From Eledone cirrhosa (Eukaryota): DNA of 64,000 nt. Made by a program: the position numbers and the translations under genes. The stretch covers positions 52,266,001-52,330,000 of the forward strand of contig OZ024750.1 in NCBI GenBank assembly GCA_964016885.1. Reading direction: 5' to 3'. The notes under the pieces are model-generated. The model saw nothing but the letters and a program-made list of their open reading frames with translations, searched no databases and was not told the origin of the DNA. Below are positions 51,926-64,000 of the stretch, in pieces. Numbering within the stretch: position 1 is the first letter of the stretch; each line of letters opens with the position of its first letter.

Positions 51926-52469
51926 TCGGATGTTTAAGAGGAGTGATAAAAGGACGTGAATATTGTATATTCTAACTACATACAAGCAATTGTAATGGCA
52001 GTGAAAGTTAGAGTAGCAGAGTTTTAAGCACTTTCATACCAAACTTCCTAAAAGGTTAATGACCTTACATGGTGTCCTACAATCATATAAAACACAGTAC
52101 CAACTGACCATTCTAATATTTCTGTCATTCCTCAGCTAAAGTCTCACAACTTCACAAACAACAATATAGAACAATATATTTAACTTGTTTATAGTTATCT
52201 AAAAACCTTCATCTGAGTTTTAAGTAAGAACCTTTATTAAGTTATGTTCCAAACAAGAAAGTTATATTACTTGAAAATTTAGAAATTATAAATAGAAATA
52301 TGGTATCTAAAGGGTTAGTGTTCTATTTATGTAAATACCTTTAAGTTATGTTCCACCTGCTTAATGAAGATATTATTACTAAATCCCTCTGTTTGGGGGG
52401 GGGGTCTAAATTATTTAAAAATCATAAGTGTTTTCATTAGAAATATGGTAATGAAAAGGTTAGTGGGAG

Positions 52470-52620
52470 TGGTGTGGACTGGAGTGTAGTGTGAGGGGGT
52501 GTGGTCTGGAGTGAAGTGTGAGGGGTGTGGTCTGGAGTGAAGTGTGAGGGGTGTGGTCTGGAGTGAAGTGTGAGGGGTGTGGTCTGGAGTGAAGTGTGGG
52601 GGTGTGTGGTCTGGAATGAA
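52470..52620. repeat. 26-bp G-rich minisatellite, ~5 copies
   Basis: GTGTGAGGGGTGTGGTCTGGAGTGAA. Confidence 0.9.
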
Positions 52621-54806
52621 GTACTCGTGTTTAGTTTCTTTTGTGAAGTTACTAAAATCAAAATAATCTTGTTTCCTTTTCTTCCTACTCTTCAGATATT
52701 TTCTGACCATATTTCACTAGTGTTTGTGTGTATGGGGTCTGTAAGAGAGCATGGCTTTAACACCGGTACACTGGTTGGGGAGGGCAGGGTAGAAAACCAA
52801 AATGCCCCTCTATAAAACTTATCAACTAACATGGAATTTTGAGAGAAGCCACCCCTTCAGCACTAATGCCTGAAAGCATCTATCTTGAAAAATTACTGTG
52901 TTGATACACGGATGGCTGGTTAGAATGTTTGCTTCAAAATCATAAATTTCTGGGTCCCATCCCACTCTGTGGCATTTGGAGGAAATTTTTATCATAGTCT
53001 TTGCATCAACCCAGGCCTTGTGAGGGAAATTTGGTTGGCTGAAACTGGAAGCCCATCAGATGATTTTAGGGAGATTCGGCTGCTGTTTTTAGCTGGTACT
53101 TGTATTCATAACAGTCGACCTCCTCTCTATCTTCATAAGGTATCTTCGCGCTTGAGCCAAGGAGACAGCAGAAGGTTAGATGGCATCATGATCTTCCTAT
53201 TCTGTGGTGGTAAGCCCCGCATCTATTACATTCTGCAACAGACTCGGGTTTCATTGCTCAATAAGCTGAAGGTTTCATTGTTGTTGCAGTACCGGCCGAT
53301 TTCCAGGGTTTGTCATTGAGCCTGTAATAGTGAAAACCTCTGGTGTTCTGGGGTCCCCCAACTACCTCCCAACTCATTACTATCTGGGTGGTATTGGCCA
53401 CCTGCTGGAGTGAGCCCCCACATGTGAGAATGACTATTTAAATATCTCTCCCTCACTATGCTCCAGGGTAGTGCTTTTTCTATTTTATCCACTGGGATCA
53501 TGAGGCAGCATATGTGAGAGGGTGTTTTCTCATACTGTCTTGGTTTGTATCATTGGTGTAACGATAGTATGGGTTGTTGCTATCTATAACATCTGTTCAC
53601 ACACCAATGAAATATTGTAGGTATCTGTTGACAGCTGATTGGCAGTATGAGAAGAGTGTCGGACAACATGCTCTGCAGCATAGTTACAGCCTTTTACGTT
53701 CCGAGTTCAAATCCTGCCAGAGTTAGCTTTGATTTAAACCAGCCAGAATTCCATCACCTCTTTCAGTTGTAACTGGCCACTCATACTGGTGTTAAGGTAT
53801 TATTCTCAAAATAAATATCAAAATCTCATAGATTCAATATTATGTGAAATAAAATGTTTACTCTATATTTACTATTGAATTTTCATGGTAATGTAAATAC
53901 CAAAGGATTACGTCCAAATCCTACCTAGAGTAGTTTTGCCTTTTATCCTTACAAGGTGTATAAGATAAAGTACTGATTTAATCAACTTTTCCCTTCCCTT
54001 CAAATTGTTGGCCTTGTGCCAAAAGTAGAAACAATTATTATTACCAGTTGAGAAGTACCAGTCTTTAATGACTTTACCATATCTCACATGTCAGACAAAC
54101 CATTTAACCCTTCTGGTATCTAACATGAAATCACCCCAGGATCTATCATACAAAACTGTTTATTTGAATGTGTTTATATTTATCTAAAAACTCTTCCATC
54201 ATAATTCTATGTAAGAACCTTTATTAAATGATATTCCAAACACGTGTAATAAATATTTAAAACTAAATCTCTTGATTACTTTCGAAATGATTTGAAAATC
54301 ATAGACAGTGTCTTTCATTAGAAATACGGTAACAAATGGGTTGACCTTTTTGTTACCATATTTTGAATGAAAAACTCTATTTCCATTTATGAAGGATTTA
54401 GTAACTTAACATGATCCTTGTATAAAATTGTCGGAATATTTTAATTTGAATAGAAACTCTTTAAAATGTTTTGTTTGACTAGAGTTGAGTTTTGGCTGAG
54501 TTGAAGGATTGTTGTGGTGCAGTGAAACCATAGACGGTCTTAATATGGTAACAAAAGGGTTCAACCTTACTATTGGGCTGGAGTTGGCCACTCACAGGAG
54601 TGAGCCCCACGACTTGGATTGGCTATTCCCTTACCATCTCCCTGGGTAATACTTTCTCTATTTTGTCTGTTGGGATCATGAGGCAGCATATACCTGAGGT
54701 TTTACACGTGGAACGTTCTCCCATATTGTCCAGACATATATCATTGTGTATATATATATATATATATGGACGTTAAACGATGATGATGATGATAGAGATA
54801 TATATA

Positions 54807-55104
54807 TATAAAACGAAAAATCATTGATGCATTTTAACTCAATTTATTGTGTGTTACAATTGTTTCGCCGGCGGAGAGCTCGAGACGCGATCATTGTGTG
54901 GATCTGTCTGATTCTGGACCCGCAGGTTCGACGGACACGTCGTGAAAGAATTTGCTCCGAAATCAGTAGACGTGTCCGTTGAACCTGCGGGTCCAGAATC
55001 AGACAGATCCACACAGTGATCGCGTCTCGAGCTGTCCACCGGCGAAACAATTGTAACAAACAATAAATTGAGTTCAGATGCATCACTGATTTTTCGTTTT
55101 ATAT
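54807..55104. mobile_element. Palindromic element with ~135-bp CpG-rich arms next to (TA)n
   Basis: Arms 54807-54941 and 54969-55104 with ~10 mismatches; GGCGAAACAATTGTAACA then AATAAA in each arm. Confidence 0.85.
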
Positions 55105-55189
55105 TATATCATACTCTACTGTGTAAGAGCATAGAGTGCTCAACCGGCATACCGCCTATGGAAGCATCTTAGCTACCATCAGACACATA

Positions 55190-55243
<54 letters not shown>

Positions 55244-55830
55244 TATATACTTACATAATTACATGTGTCCTTCTTGTCTGACCAACCATATAAAAGATGG
55301 TACCAAGTGACAATTCTAATATTTCTGATTCCTCAGCCAAAATCTAACAGACATTTTTCATATCTTCCCTCACTCTTCCTTCTCTCCTCTTCTTTCTCTT
55401 TTCACCTTCCTCCTCTCCTTATTTTAAAGACTGGTTGGGACAAAACATCCTAAAAAGCAGACATCTTGTCTGCTTACAACAGAGTAGGCTGGCTAAAGGT
55501 ACCTGAGGATCAAGAGGACCCCATTACCTAACCCCCCCCCCCCCCCCCCCCCATTACATAATTGTTTAACCCTGTAATCTCTGCTTGTATAGTGTGAGAC
55601 AACTGATTTGTCTCCCCTTATACCACTACCTCCTCCTTCTCCCCTCATACCACCACCACCTCCCCTTCATAGTTGAGGTGGTGACAGACAGTTGGTGTTG
55701 TGCTGATTCTCAGAAATTCCTGCTCTCTTGGAGTGGCTCTCAGTCAGTAAACAACAACAACAACAACATGTAACTTGGCAGTCTCTACAGCAATAATAGA
55801 TTTATGATATCACTATTACTATCACCACGG

Positions 55831-56003
55831 CCACCAATGATAGATATTCTGGTCTACACCCCCCTCCTCTCTGCCACCAATGATAGATATTCTGGTCTAC
55901 ACCCCCCTCCCTCCCTCTGCCACCAATGGTAGATATTCTGGTCTACACCCCCTCCCTCCCTCTGCCACCAATGGTAGATATTCTGGTCTACACCTCTCTC
56001 TGC
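55831..56003. repeat. ~45-bp tandem repeat, 4 copies
   Basis: CCACCAATG(A/G)TAGATATTCTGGTCTACACCCCC..CTCTG. Confidence 0.9.
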
Positions 56004-56306
56004 TATATGATGGTACTTGTGGTGATCACATAAGCAGATATCCTTTGGAATTGTGATACTTATTTCTCTGTCTATTTGCTTACCTGACAAACCCCCCCCC
56101 CCCCCCCTCTCTCTCTCTTAATTAAAAGTACACACTTGAGAATTTGTGATATCTCAAGATAGATTCTCCTCATGCAAGGTTTATGATGTTGCAGAGACTC
56201 TATGGTGTTGGTGGTGGGTTACAAATTACCTCGTTAACTTTTTAACCCTTTTCTTAGCATATTTCTAATGCAAGATACTGCCTATAATTTTGAAAATAAT
56301 CTAGAA

Positions 56307-56503
56307 CTGTGTTTCTCAACCAGAATTCCCCAGAACCCTAGGGTTCTGCAAGAGGTCCCTAAGGGTTCTGTGAGAAACAGTGATAAATAAGCTAATGCAT
56401 TTAGATATTAATAATGGTGTATAATAATTTTTATGCAGGGATTCCCTGAGACATGAAAACTATTTCAAGGGTTTCACAAGGGTGAAAAGGTTGAGAAATG
56501 CTG
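56307..56503. mobile_element. hAT (Charlie-like) MITE
   Basis: TIRs CTGTGTTTCTCAACC / GGTTGAGAAATGCTG; 8-bp TSD ATCTAGAA/ATCTAAAA. Confidence 0.75.
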
Positions 56504-57145
56504 ATCTAAAATTTGGAGATATTTAGTAATATAACTGAGGTTCTTCTATAAAATAATGATGGAAAGCTTTTAGATAAATATAAACACTTAAAAACAGTTT
56601 TGTCTGATAGAAGCAGGGGTAGTCCCTGGGTGGTTTAGTATGAAAAGGGTTAAATAATCCATCAACTGATGAAACAGCCTGTGTCCTTTACTGATGTTTT
56701 AACCACCTCCCCATAGTAAGGAGAATTGGGAAGGTTCATAAGAGTTGTAATGAGATTTTAAGGCTTTCATGTGGAATCTATCCATTTGATGTTCTTGGAA
56801 TTGCCAGATATAACAGAATGCATTTGAGAAAATTTCACTTTGATGGTAATGATTATAGTGGTGACAGCATTTGCTGTGATGATGGTGATACAATAGCAAT
56901 GATAGTTATGGTGCTGCTAATGATAATGATGCAGCTGGGTCTTTTGGGGTTCTTTAAGTATTCCCCTTAGATATGTTTTTCTTCTTTATTATATGAAAGT
57001 TAAAATAATTTGTAATGTTTTCATCTCCTTAGATATTCAGTTCTCTTCTAGTTACATAACTTCCAGCAGCAGTTATAATAGGTTAGTTAACCCATTAGTT
57101 AGGGGGTTAGACAATCATATCGTAGCTTCAAGTGTGATATTCAAT

Positions 57146-57334
57146 AAGAGTTGGCTGAAAAGTTTATAGGTCAACCAAGATACTCTCATGGAATGACCAA
57201 ATGAGGTTTATTTTTCAACCGGAAAGAAACAAATGCTGTTATTAAGATCAGTTGAAATTAATGCATGCAAGATTTCATAGCTGTAGCATCACTCCTTCAT
57301 AGTCGGCCTATGAACTTTTTAATTAACCCTTGTA
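57146..57334. mobile_element. mariner-type MITE/deletion derivative
   Basis: Imperfect TIRs AAGAGTTGGCTGAAAAGTTTATAGGTCAAC / GTCGGCCTATGAACTTTTTAATTAACCCTTG-TA. Confidence 0.6.
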
Positions 57335-57825
57335 TGTATTTTGAACAAGATCCTTTATTTCATGTTACCTTTCATGAGAGGACTGAGGCCTCTATCATTA
57401 AAACACCAAAAAACCTCCTATGAGATACATCCTCATAGGAGACCAGAGGTGTGAGCTGCCTTGTTTTTTTTCTTTTTAAGAGCAGATGTAACCCAAACTG
57501 CACACTTCATATTCTTCTGTTTCTCAGTTGTATTGTCAGTGTAATTTGAGACAACTGACGTCACTATTTACTATTCTGTTCTTGCTAGATGACCTAGTTT
57601 CATAACATGCAGAGACCATTTTTTGACATTTAAATTTAAAAACAAAAAAGCAGCTTTAGTAGAGTAGATGTGGTTAACCCTTTCATGACGATATTTCGAG
57701 GGAGATACACTGTCTATGGTTTTGAAAATATCTTAGAGTATAGTAATCAGTAGTAAAATAACTTTGTCATTTTGTCATATTTAGAACATAGTTTAACAAA
57801 GTGTTCTGGAATATTTTTTATTAAA

Positions 57826-58036
57826 CCCTTTAGCATTTACATTACTCTATATTTACTATTTTCACGGTAAACACTTGATTTCACATAATTATCTCACATA
57901 TCGAATCTGAGATTTTGATATAACTTATTTTGAAAACAGTACCTTAACACAAGTATGAGCAGCTAGTTACGGCCAGTTTGAAAAGAAAGAGGTGAGAGAA
58001 TTCTGGCTGGATATGGCCGGTTTAAATGCTAAAGGG
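57826..58036. mobile_element. piggyBac-type MITE nested in another decayed MITE
   Basis: Perfect 14-bp TIR CCCTTTAGCATTTA; TTAA-like flanks. Confidence 0.8.
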
Positions 58037-59116
58037 TTTAAATATAAACATTTTAACGATTTCATGTGGTTTCATACCAAAAGGGTTAGCAGGCCACATG
58101 TTTTGAGATAATATTTTCCAGCTAGATGCTCTTCATGAGGCTGACCCTTTTAGTTGCTTCTTATGACATGTGGCCATATGGTTTACTTATTCTAAAAGTC
58201 TGCATAAATAAATCTGTGTCCACTTCACATTGATACTACTTGGACAATCTAACATTTGTTATGTCCCACAGTGATTTAACATACATCAATACCTTACTTG
58301 AAGACAGCTATGGGTTGGTGCCGAGAAGGTCATCACAGCCTTAGAATACTACCTCTGAAGAAGAAAAAAAGATCTTTTCATCCAACCATGCTAACATGTG
58401 AAGGCATAAAAGAAATATTGGTCTCTATAAACATGAAGTACATGTATATTTTTTAACAACACTGTGTGACTTTTTTGTAAAAAATAAATGTGTGTTAAAC
58501 ACTGAGACATGTGTCTAAAATATTGTCTCCCACTTATAGGATATGTGAGTTTGAAGCCAGTCTAGTAAGTTCAGTAAGTGTGGCCATTCCTGTAAAGTCA
58601 CCAATGAGAAGCAGATGATGAAATCTAACCATTGATAGCTGTTCCAGATGGCTGTCTTGTGTTTTCACATGATTTCAACTTTCTTCTTTCTTTTGTTTGA
58701 AAGTTCTATAGCAGTTCCCTTATTCTCTTAAGTGTAGTGTAGTTTAGGTTTACAGCTGTATGTATGTGTAAAAGACAGGAGAAAAACTATTGGCTCAAGA
58801 ACAGATTGTTAGATTAAGAAAGGAAGTGTGTGTGTGTAAAATAGTTATATCACCAGCCTTTTTATTATTATTTTTTTAGAATGTTTGTCTGTTTTTATTG
58901 TCTTTGCCGTTGGTTCTTGTATTGTAGTTTTGCTGTGTGTATGTCTATTATATAGATAGATAGATATGTAAAATCCCATCCATTTGCCGCCACAATTGGG
59001 ATTTTACATATCTCTATACCCACTCTGCATCTCATGCATTGAGTATTCCCATGATTAGTGGTCTCCTGGGTCTCAGCACCACAGTCTCTCTTTCTTTTTC
59101 TCTCTCTCTCTTTTTC

Positions 59117-59147
<31 letters not shown>

Positions 59148-59474
59148 GTGTACACACACACTCACAAACTCCACCAGCCGGCCTCAGCCCCTTTGTCTCC
59201 TAGCTTCACCAGCATTTTAACCATGAACATGAAACTTAGAATAGAATAGAAACTCTTTTGCCTCCCTCTTTATATAATATATATATATACACACCTCTCT
59301 CTCTCTCATTTGTTTTATGTGCCTTGTAAGCTGATACCACTATTGACTCAACTGTTGGGCACACTACTTACATCCCTTTATACACACATATATTCTCTTT
59401 ACTAGTCTTCCTACCAAAATTCTTTCTCTCTTAGGCAGGCATAGGTTACATAACTTCCAAGGTTTGGCTGCTTT

Positions 59475-59522
<48 letters not shown>

Positions 59523-60289
59523 CTATCTATCTGTCTGTCTTGCCTTCAGCTGCTCAGCTCTTTGGTAATTCATAAACAAGAATCTAAGTTTTGAAAGACT
59601 AAAAATGTAAAAGTCGAGATAAATGAAAAAGAAAACTGTATCTCTATCTCTGGTAGATGTTTATTGTATAGTTTATTTATCTAACCTGATTGTAGCCTTA
59701 ATGTTGTTTAAATAGCTTTCTCAATTCAAATAGAATTATATATCTTTTAGATTGAAAGTCAGGATTGTATTCACAGTACTTTAAAGCCAGTCTTCGCTAA
59801 TATTTTTTTTATTTCGTTAGGAGAAAAAAATGAAGTAATTGAATGTGTCATATATTTTAGTCATGTTTATTTTCATGACTTTCAGTTGGGTTTTTTATTA
59901 TTAAAAATATGACTGGGCATTGAAAACACTGGAAATTGAGCTTACATCTTTATGTATGTGAAGCTGCATGGCTGGCCTGGTGGTTAGGGTGTTAAGCTCA
60001 CAATCATAAGGTCATTGGTTCGAATCCCGTTGGGCATCCCGTTGTTTTTTTAGGAAGACACATTTCAGTTCATGTTGCTTTTTCATAGAATTGGGGTCCC
60101 TATCATTAGAATATCAAAGAAACCTCATAAGATATAACCTCATAGGAGGTTAGCTAAACTTGCATAGGTGTGAGTTGTAGAGTCAACTACACGTGACTAT
60201 GGCCCTTATCATTAAAACAGCCAAGAAACTTCCTAAGGAGGCCAACTAAACCTACATGGGTGTAAACTATACATTTTTTCTTTTTTATC

Positions 60290-60850
60290 TCTTCTGACGA
60301 TTTCTAAACAATTTGAGATGGCTGAGGGCAGTGTGCACAGTCATTCATGACGATCTGAACATGTGCAAAATTTGTTCCCAGGGTGCTCAATAAAGATCAA
60401 AGGCAGAGGTGTGTTGATGACAGCAGAGAGATGGTCAAGTGGGTCACTTCAAATCCAAGAGTCCTCGAGTCTCTGGTAACCTGTGACGATGACTGGGTCT
60501 GCTGTTATGATCTAGAGACCAAGAGACAGTGCCCAGTGGAAACATTCTGACTCCCCAACACCCAAGAAGGCCAAATAAAGCAGGTCCACTTGGAACCTCA
60601 AGATGTTTTCATTCTTCGACTGCAAGGGCATCATCTACATCCACTGGGTCCTCCACGGCCCAAATATTACTATGTAGAGGTTTTGAGGCAGTTCAGAAAG
60701 AAATGTTGCAAAAGACAAGAACTCTTCAAGTCTGGTCAGTGGCACCTGCTCCAGAACAATGACCCTGCCACAAATCCATCCTGGTACCAACTACATGGCC
60801 GATATGGGGATCAAAACTGTCCCTCATCCTCCCTACAATCCAGACTTAGG
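60290..60850 (+). pseudogene. mariner-family transposase fragment
   Basis: LVTCDDDWVCCYD.ETKRQ, QWKHSDSPTPKKA, FDCKGIIYIHWV, YYVEVL, WHLLQNN, KTVPHPPYNPDL; frameshifted. Confidence 0.88.
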
Positions 60851-61080
60851 GTCTCCATTGTACAGAGTGCTCAATTATTTGATATACTATGGTAAACTCC
60901 ACAGTTCCGAAGTTTTGTCCAAAGAATGGAGTATTTTAAATTCTTATGACTGGTTTAGTTCTAGTTCTTATCCTCGATTTATTTGGCGTATGGGTGTTTG
61001 AATTATAATTAATAGAGTTTCTCTTATATATGTTATTATTTTTATTAGGAATAATACTTGGATTGTTATTATCTACATAT

Positions 61081-61408
61081 TCTTAGTGGTTAGAGCATTG
61101 GCCTTGCAATCGAAAGGTTGTGAGTTCAATTCTCAGACCGGGTGATGTTGTTTCCTTGAGCAAGACACTTTATTTCACATTGCTCCAGTTCACTCAGCTG
61201 TAGAAATGAGATGATAGGGACTGGGGTCCCTATCATTCCACTGCAAAGTGGTCGTGGAGGTGTCACGGCAAAAAAAAAAAGCACCCAGCACTCACTGTAA
61301 ATGAGGTTGGTGTTAGGAAGGGCATCCAGCTGTAGAAATCAAGCCAGAATCAGTTCCCGTCCCACCCTTGCAAGCAGGGAAAAGCGGATGTAAAATGAAA
61401 TGATGATA
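61081..61408 (+). mobile_element. tRNA-derived SINE, family B
   Basis: Forward copy of the 8184-8513 type. Confidence 0.88.
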
Positions 61409-61810
61409 TTCTATGTTATTCGTATATCCTGCTCTTTTTAACGCGTTGTTGTAGTATTCAGCGTTTTGATCGAATATATGTTTATTGGCTGATATTTTAT
61501 TAATTCGTTTTTGCACACTATTTACTATAGCTTTTTTTACAGATTTAGGGTGATTGGAATGGTTACTAACATAGTTTAAGTTTTCATTGGGCTTATGAAA
61601 AGGGTAATAGAAGCTAGTGTTTAAGTTAAAGGTAACGTCTAGGAAATTAACTATTTTGGTACCATTTTCTACTTCTAATTTAAGGTTGTACATTTTAAAG
61701 AATTCTATTATACTTTTCTTTACTACATTTAGTTCTATATTGTTGTTTGACCACCGTAAATAAAACGTCGCCCCTATATAAACCATCGGTAGCCACCGGG
61801 AATCTGTAGA
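61409..61810 (-). pseudogene. Penelope-like reverse transcriptase palm/thumb fragment
   Basis: DGLYRGD (decayed GLYRDD), KIVNFLDVTFNL..PFHKPN..YVSNHSNHP..RINKIS..YYNNALKRAGY; cut by a SINE and a microsatellite. Confidence 0.85.
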
Positions 61811-62267
61811 TATACATATACATACACATATACACACACATATATATATATACACATACATACATCAAAAGAGTTAGCAGTATGTCAACAGTCAGCAGGT
61901 CAGCCACTGATAGAGTAATGAGTAATGTGGTGATGGTGGGGAGCAAGTGTAGACGTTATTGTTATTGTGGTGGCGGGGGCCAGTGAGATGTACAAGTTCA
62001 TAGTTCACTTGTCTCTTTTCCTCTCTCTTCAAAATTTTGAATTTATGACCTTTTGCAATGACGGACAAGTAAGCGTAAAATGTAAATTCTAAATAGAGAT
62101 TGCTCTGGAAGAATATATGGAATATTTCTGTAGCTTTCACAGCTTTTCTCAGAACGTTTCCCGGCTTCCAATGAGTGAGAATTATTGTTGTATTTTGGTC
62201 TTTCAGAATACGAAAATTAATAAAAGCTTACCCCCACGAAAAACCGTGTGTTGTCCTACCTATGAGC

Positions 62268-62304
<37 letters not shown>

Positions 62305-62307
<3 letters not shown>

Positions 62308-63801
62308 CAGCTTTCGTCGACTTGAAGAAGGCCTTCGACAGAGTCCCCCGTTCCATTATCTGGTGGGCTCTTAGAAAACTAGGTGTTGATGAATGGCTTG
62401 TGAGAGCTATACAAGCCATGTATAAAGAAACAGTCAGCAAGGCTAGAATTAACAACGAATATAGTGAAGAGTTTAGTGTAAAAGTTGGTGTTCATCAGGG
62501 ATCTGTTCTTAGCCCCCTACTATTTATTATTGCCCTCCAGGCTATAACAGTGGAGTTCAAATTAACCTGGCTAAGACTAAAGTTCTAGTTTGTAAGAAAG
62601 AAAATAAGGCGGCGATCCCCTCCGGCAAGTGGCCATGCGCAGAGTGTAGGAAAGGCGTAGGTAGAAACTCCATTTTGTGTCCGAAATGCAAAGTTTGGGT
62701 GCATAAAAGATGTAGTGGGATCACAGGTAAGCTAACTAAGAACATAGATTTTACATGTGGCCGGTGTTCTGGCGCAATAAGTAGCAGCAAGTGCCCACAA
62801 AATACTAGCTCTTTCAGCTGCGCAGAGGGTTCTATAGAAATAGTGGACAGCTTCCGTTACCTGGGTGACAAAATCAGCAGTGGGGGAGGGTGCTCTGAAA
62901 GTACAGTAGCTAGAGTCAGAACTGGGTGGAAAAAGTTCAGAGAGCTTATACCACTATTAGCCGCTAAAGGGTTCTCCCTAAAAATGAAAGGCAGGTTGTA
63001 CGATGCCTGCATACGAACAGCAATGTTGCATGGCAGTGAGACCTGGACATTGTGTGCAGAAGATATACGCAGACTAGAGAGAAACGAAGCTTGCATGCTC
63101 CACTGGATGTGTAATAGTAATATACGTGAACGACAAAGCATAAACGAACTAAGGAAAAAATTAGAAATAAGAGGGATCAGATGTTGTCTACTCGAGAGAA
63201 GGCTACGTTGGTATGGTCACGTGATGCGCATGAAGGACGATAGCTGTATAACAATGTGCAGGGCAATAAAGATAGACGGTAGCCACGGAATAGGCAGACC
63301 CAGAAAAACCTGGGACGAGCTGATAAACTCCGACCTCACACACTTACACCTCACCAAGACAATGTCACTGGACCGAGACCTTTGGCGGTACTCAGTAATA
63401 GAGAAGACCCGCCTTACCTAAATACAAAGTAAAACCTACTACAGTCAGTAGGCATCTCTAACAAAATACACCCCCGTCCCACCACCCCCACCCCATCCAC
63501 ACCGCCCCCTTCTATGTAAAGTTATGTTGGTGCCACACCATCCAGGCCGAAACAAATGAGATCGTGTAGGTGTCACGACAAAAAAACACACAGTCCACGC
63601 TGTAATGTGGCCGTGTAGGCAACACGGTAAAAACCTCCCAGACCCACACTGTAAATGTGGTTGGTGTTAGGAAGGGCATCCAGCTGTAGAAAACCCGCCA
63701 GACAGTCCTATGCGAGCAAGACAATCACTCTTGCCTCAAGTGGGAAAACCCCTGTCCAAACCCATGCAAGCGTGGAACACGGACGTTAAACGTTGATGAT
63801 G
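62305..63801 (+). mobile_element. 5'-truncated RTE-clade LINE with PHD finger inside the RT region
   Basis: AFVDLKKAFDRVPR..GVHQGSVLSPLLF, deletion of the YADD segment, INLAKTKV, PHD finger, FRYLG, MLHGSETW, RRLRWYGHVMR..GRPRKTW; stop at 63421; UTR and (GAT)n tail. Confidence 0.93.
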
Positions 63802-63804
63802 ATA

Positions 63805-64000
63805 CAGGGTGTGGACGATATTTGTTCACAATTTTCAACTGCTAATTTTATGCAAATTCTTTTTACTTCCGTTGTCACTCTTGTCTTCATAAAAACAGTG
63901 ACTATATTTCCATTATTTATTTTCAGAATAATTGATTATGAATAATTTTGAACCTCCAAATTTGTGGAAGAAACACGGAGTTCTTTTTGGAAACCGCGCC
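63805..64000. mobile_element. Possible Tc1/mariner terminus, runs off the window
   Basis: TA followed by CAGGGTGT directly after the RTE tail; partner TIR not visible. Confidence 0.4.

Noticed and set aside
53060-53520. Possible LINE 5' region, partly repeated at 54570-54700
   Set aside because: Repetitive, but too decayed to assign a family by eye
57033-57081. AG..GT-bounded open segment as the next WD40 exon
   Set aside because: Peptide DIQFSSSYITSSSSYNR has no WD40 character

Overview
AT-rich animal genomic DNA, very probably a cephalopod (octopus-like). This is inferred from the tRNA-SINE and RTE repeat content, not from a search. The window is almost entirely intronic/repetitive. The only credible host coding sequence is one 55-nt WD40 exon (45075-45129, WDR77/MEP50-like), sandwiched between a 37-bp and a 50/52-bp satellite array. 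The rest is decayed mobile DNA: piggyBac elements and MITEs, Penelope-like retroelements (PLEs), a Tx1/L1 LINE, RTE LINEs (one with a PHD finger inside the RT), R4/Dong-like and CRE-like fragments, mariner, a hAT MITE and two SINE families. The most notable signal is a set of minimal type I hammerhead ribozyme (HHR) motifs with canonical and variant cores. One lies in a ~420-nt partial-tandem insert with a 13-bp TSD (a retrozyme-like element, 35289-35940). Two lie at PLE 3' ends (5615, 13277). Others occupy both arms of short palindromic elements in TA-rich sites (6422, 27899, 54807). All folds were done by eye and self-cleavage is untested.
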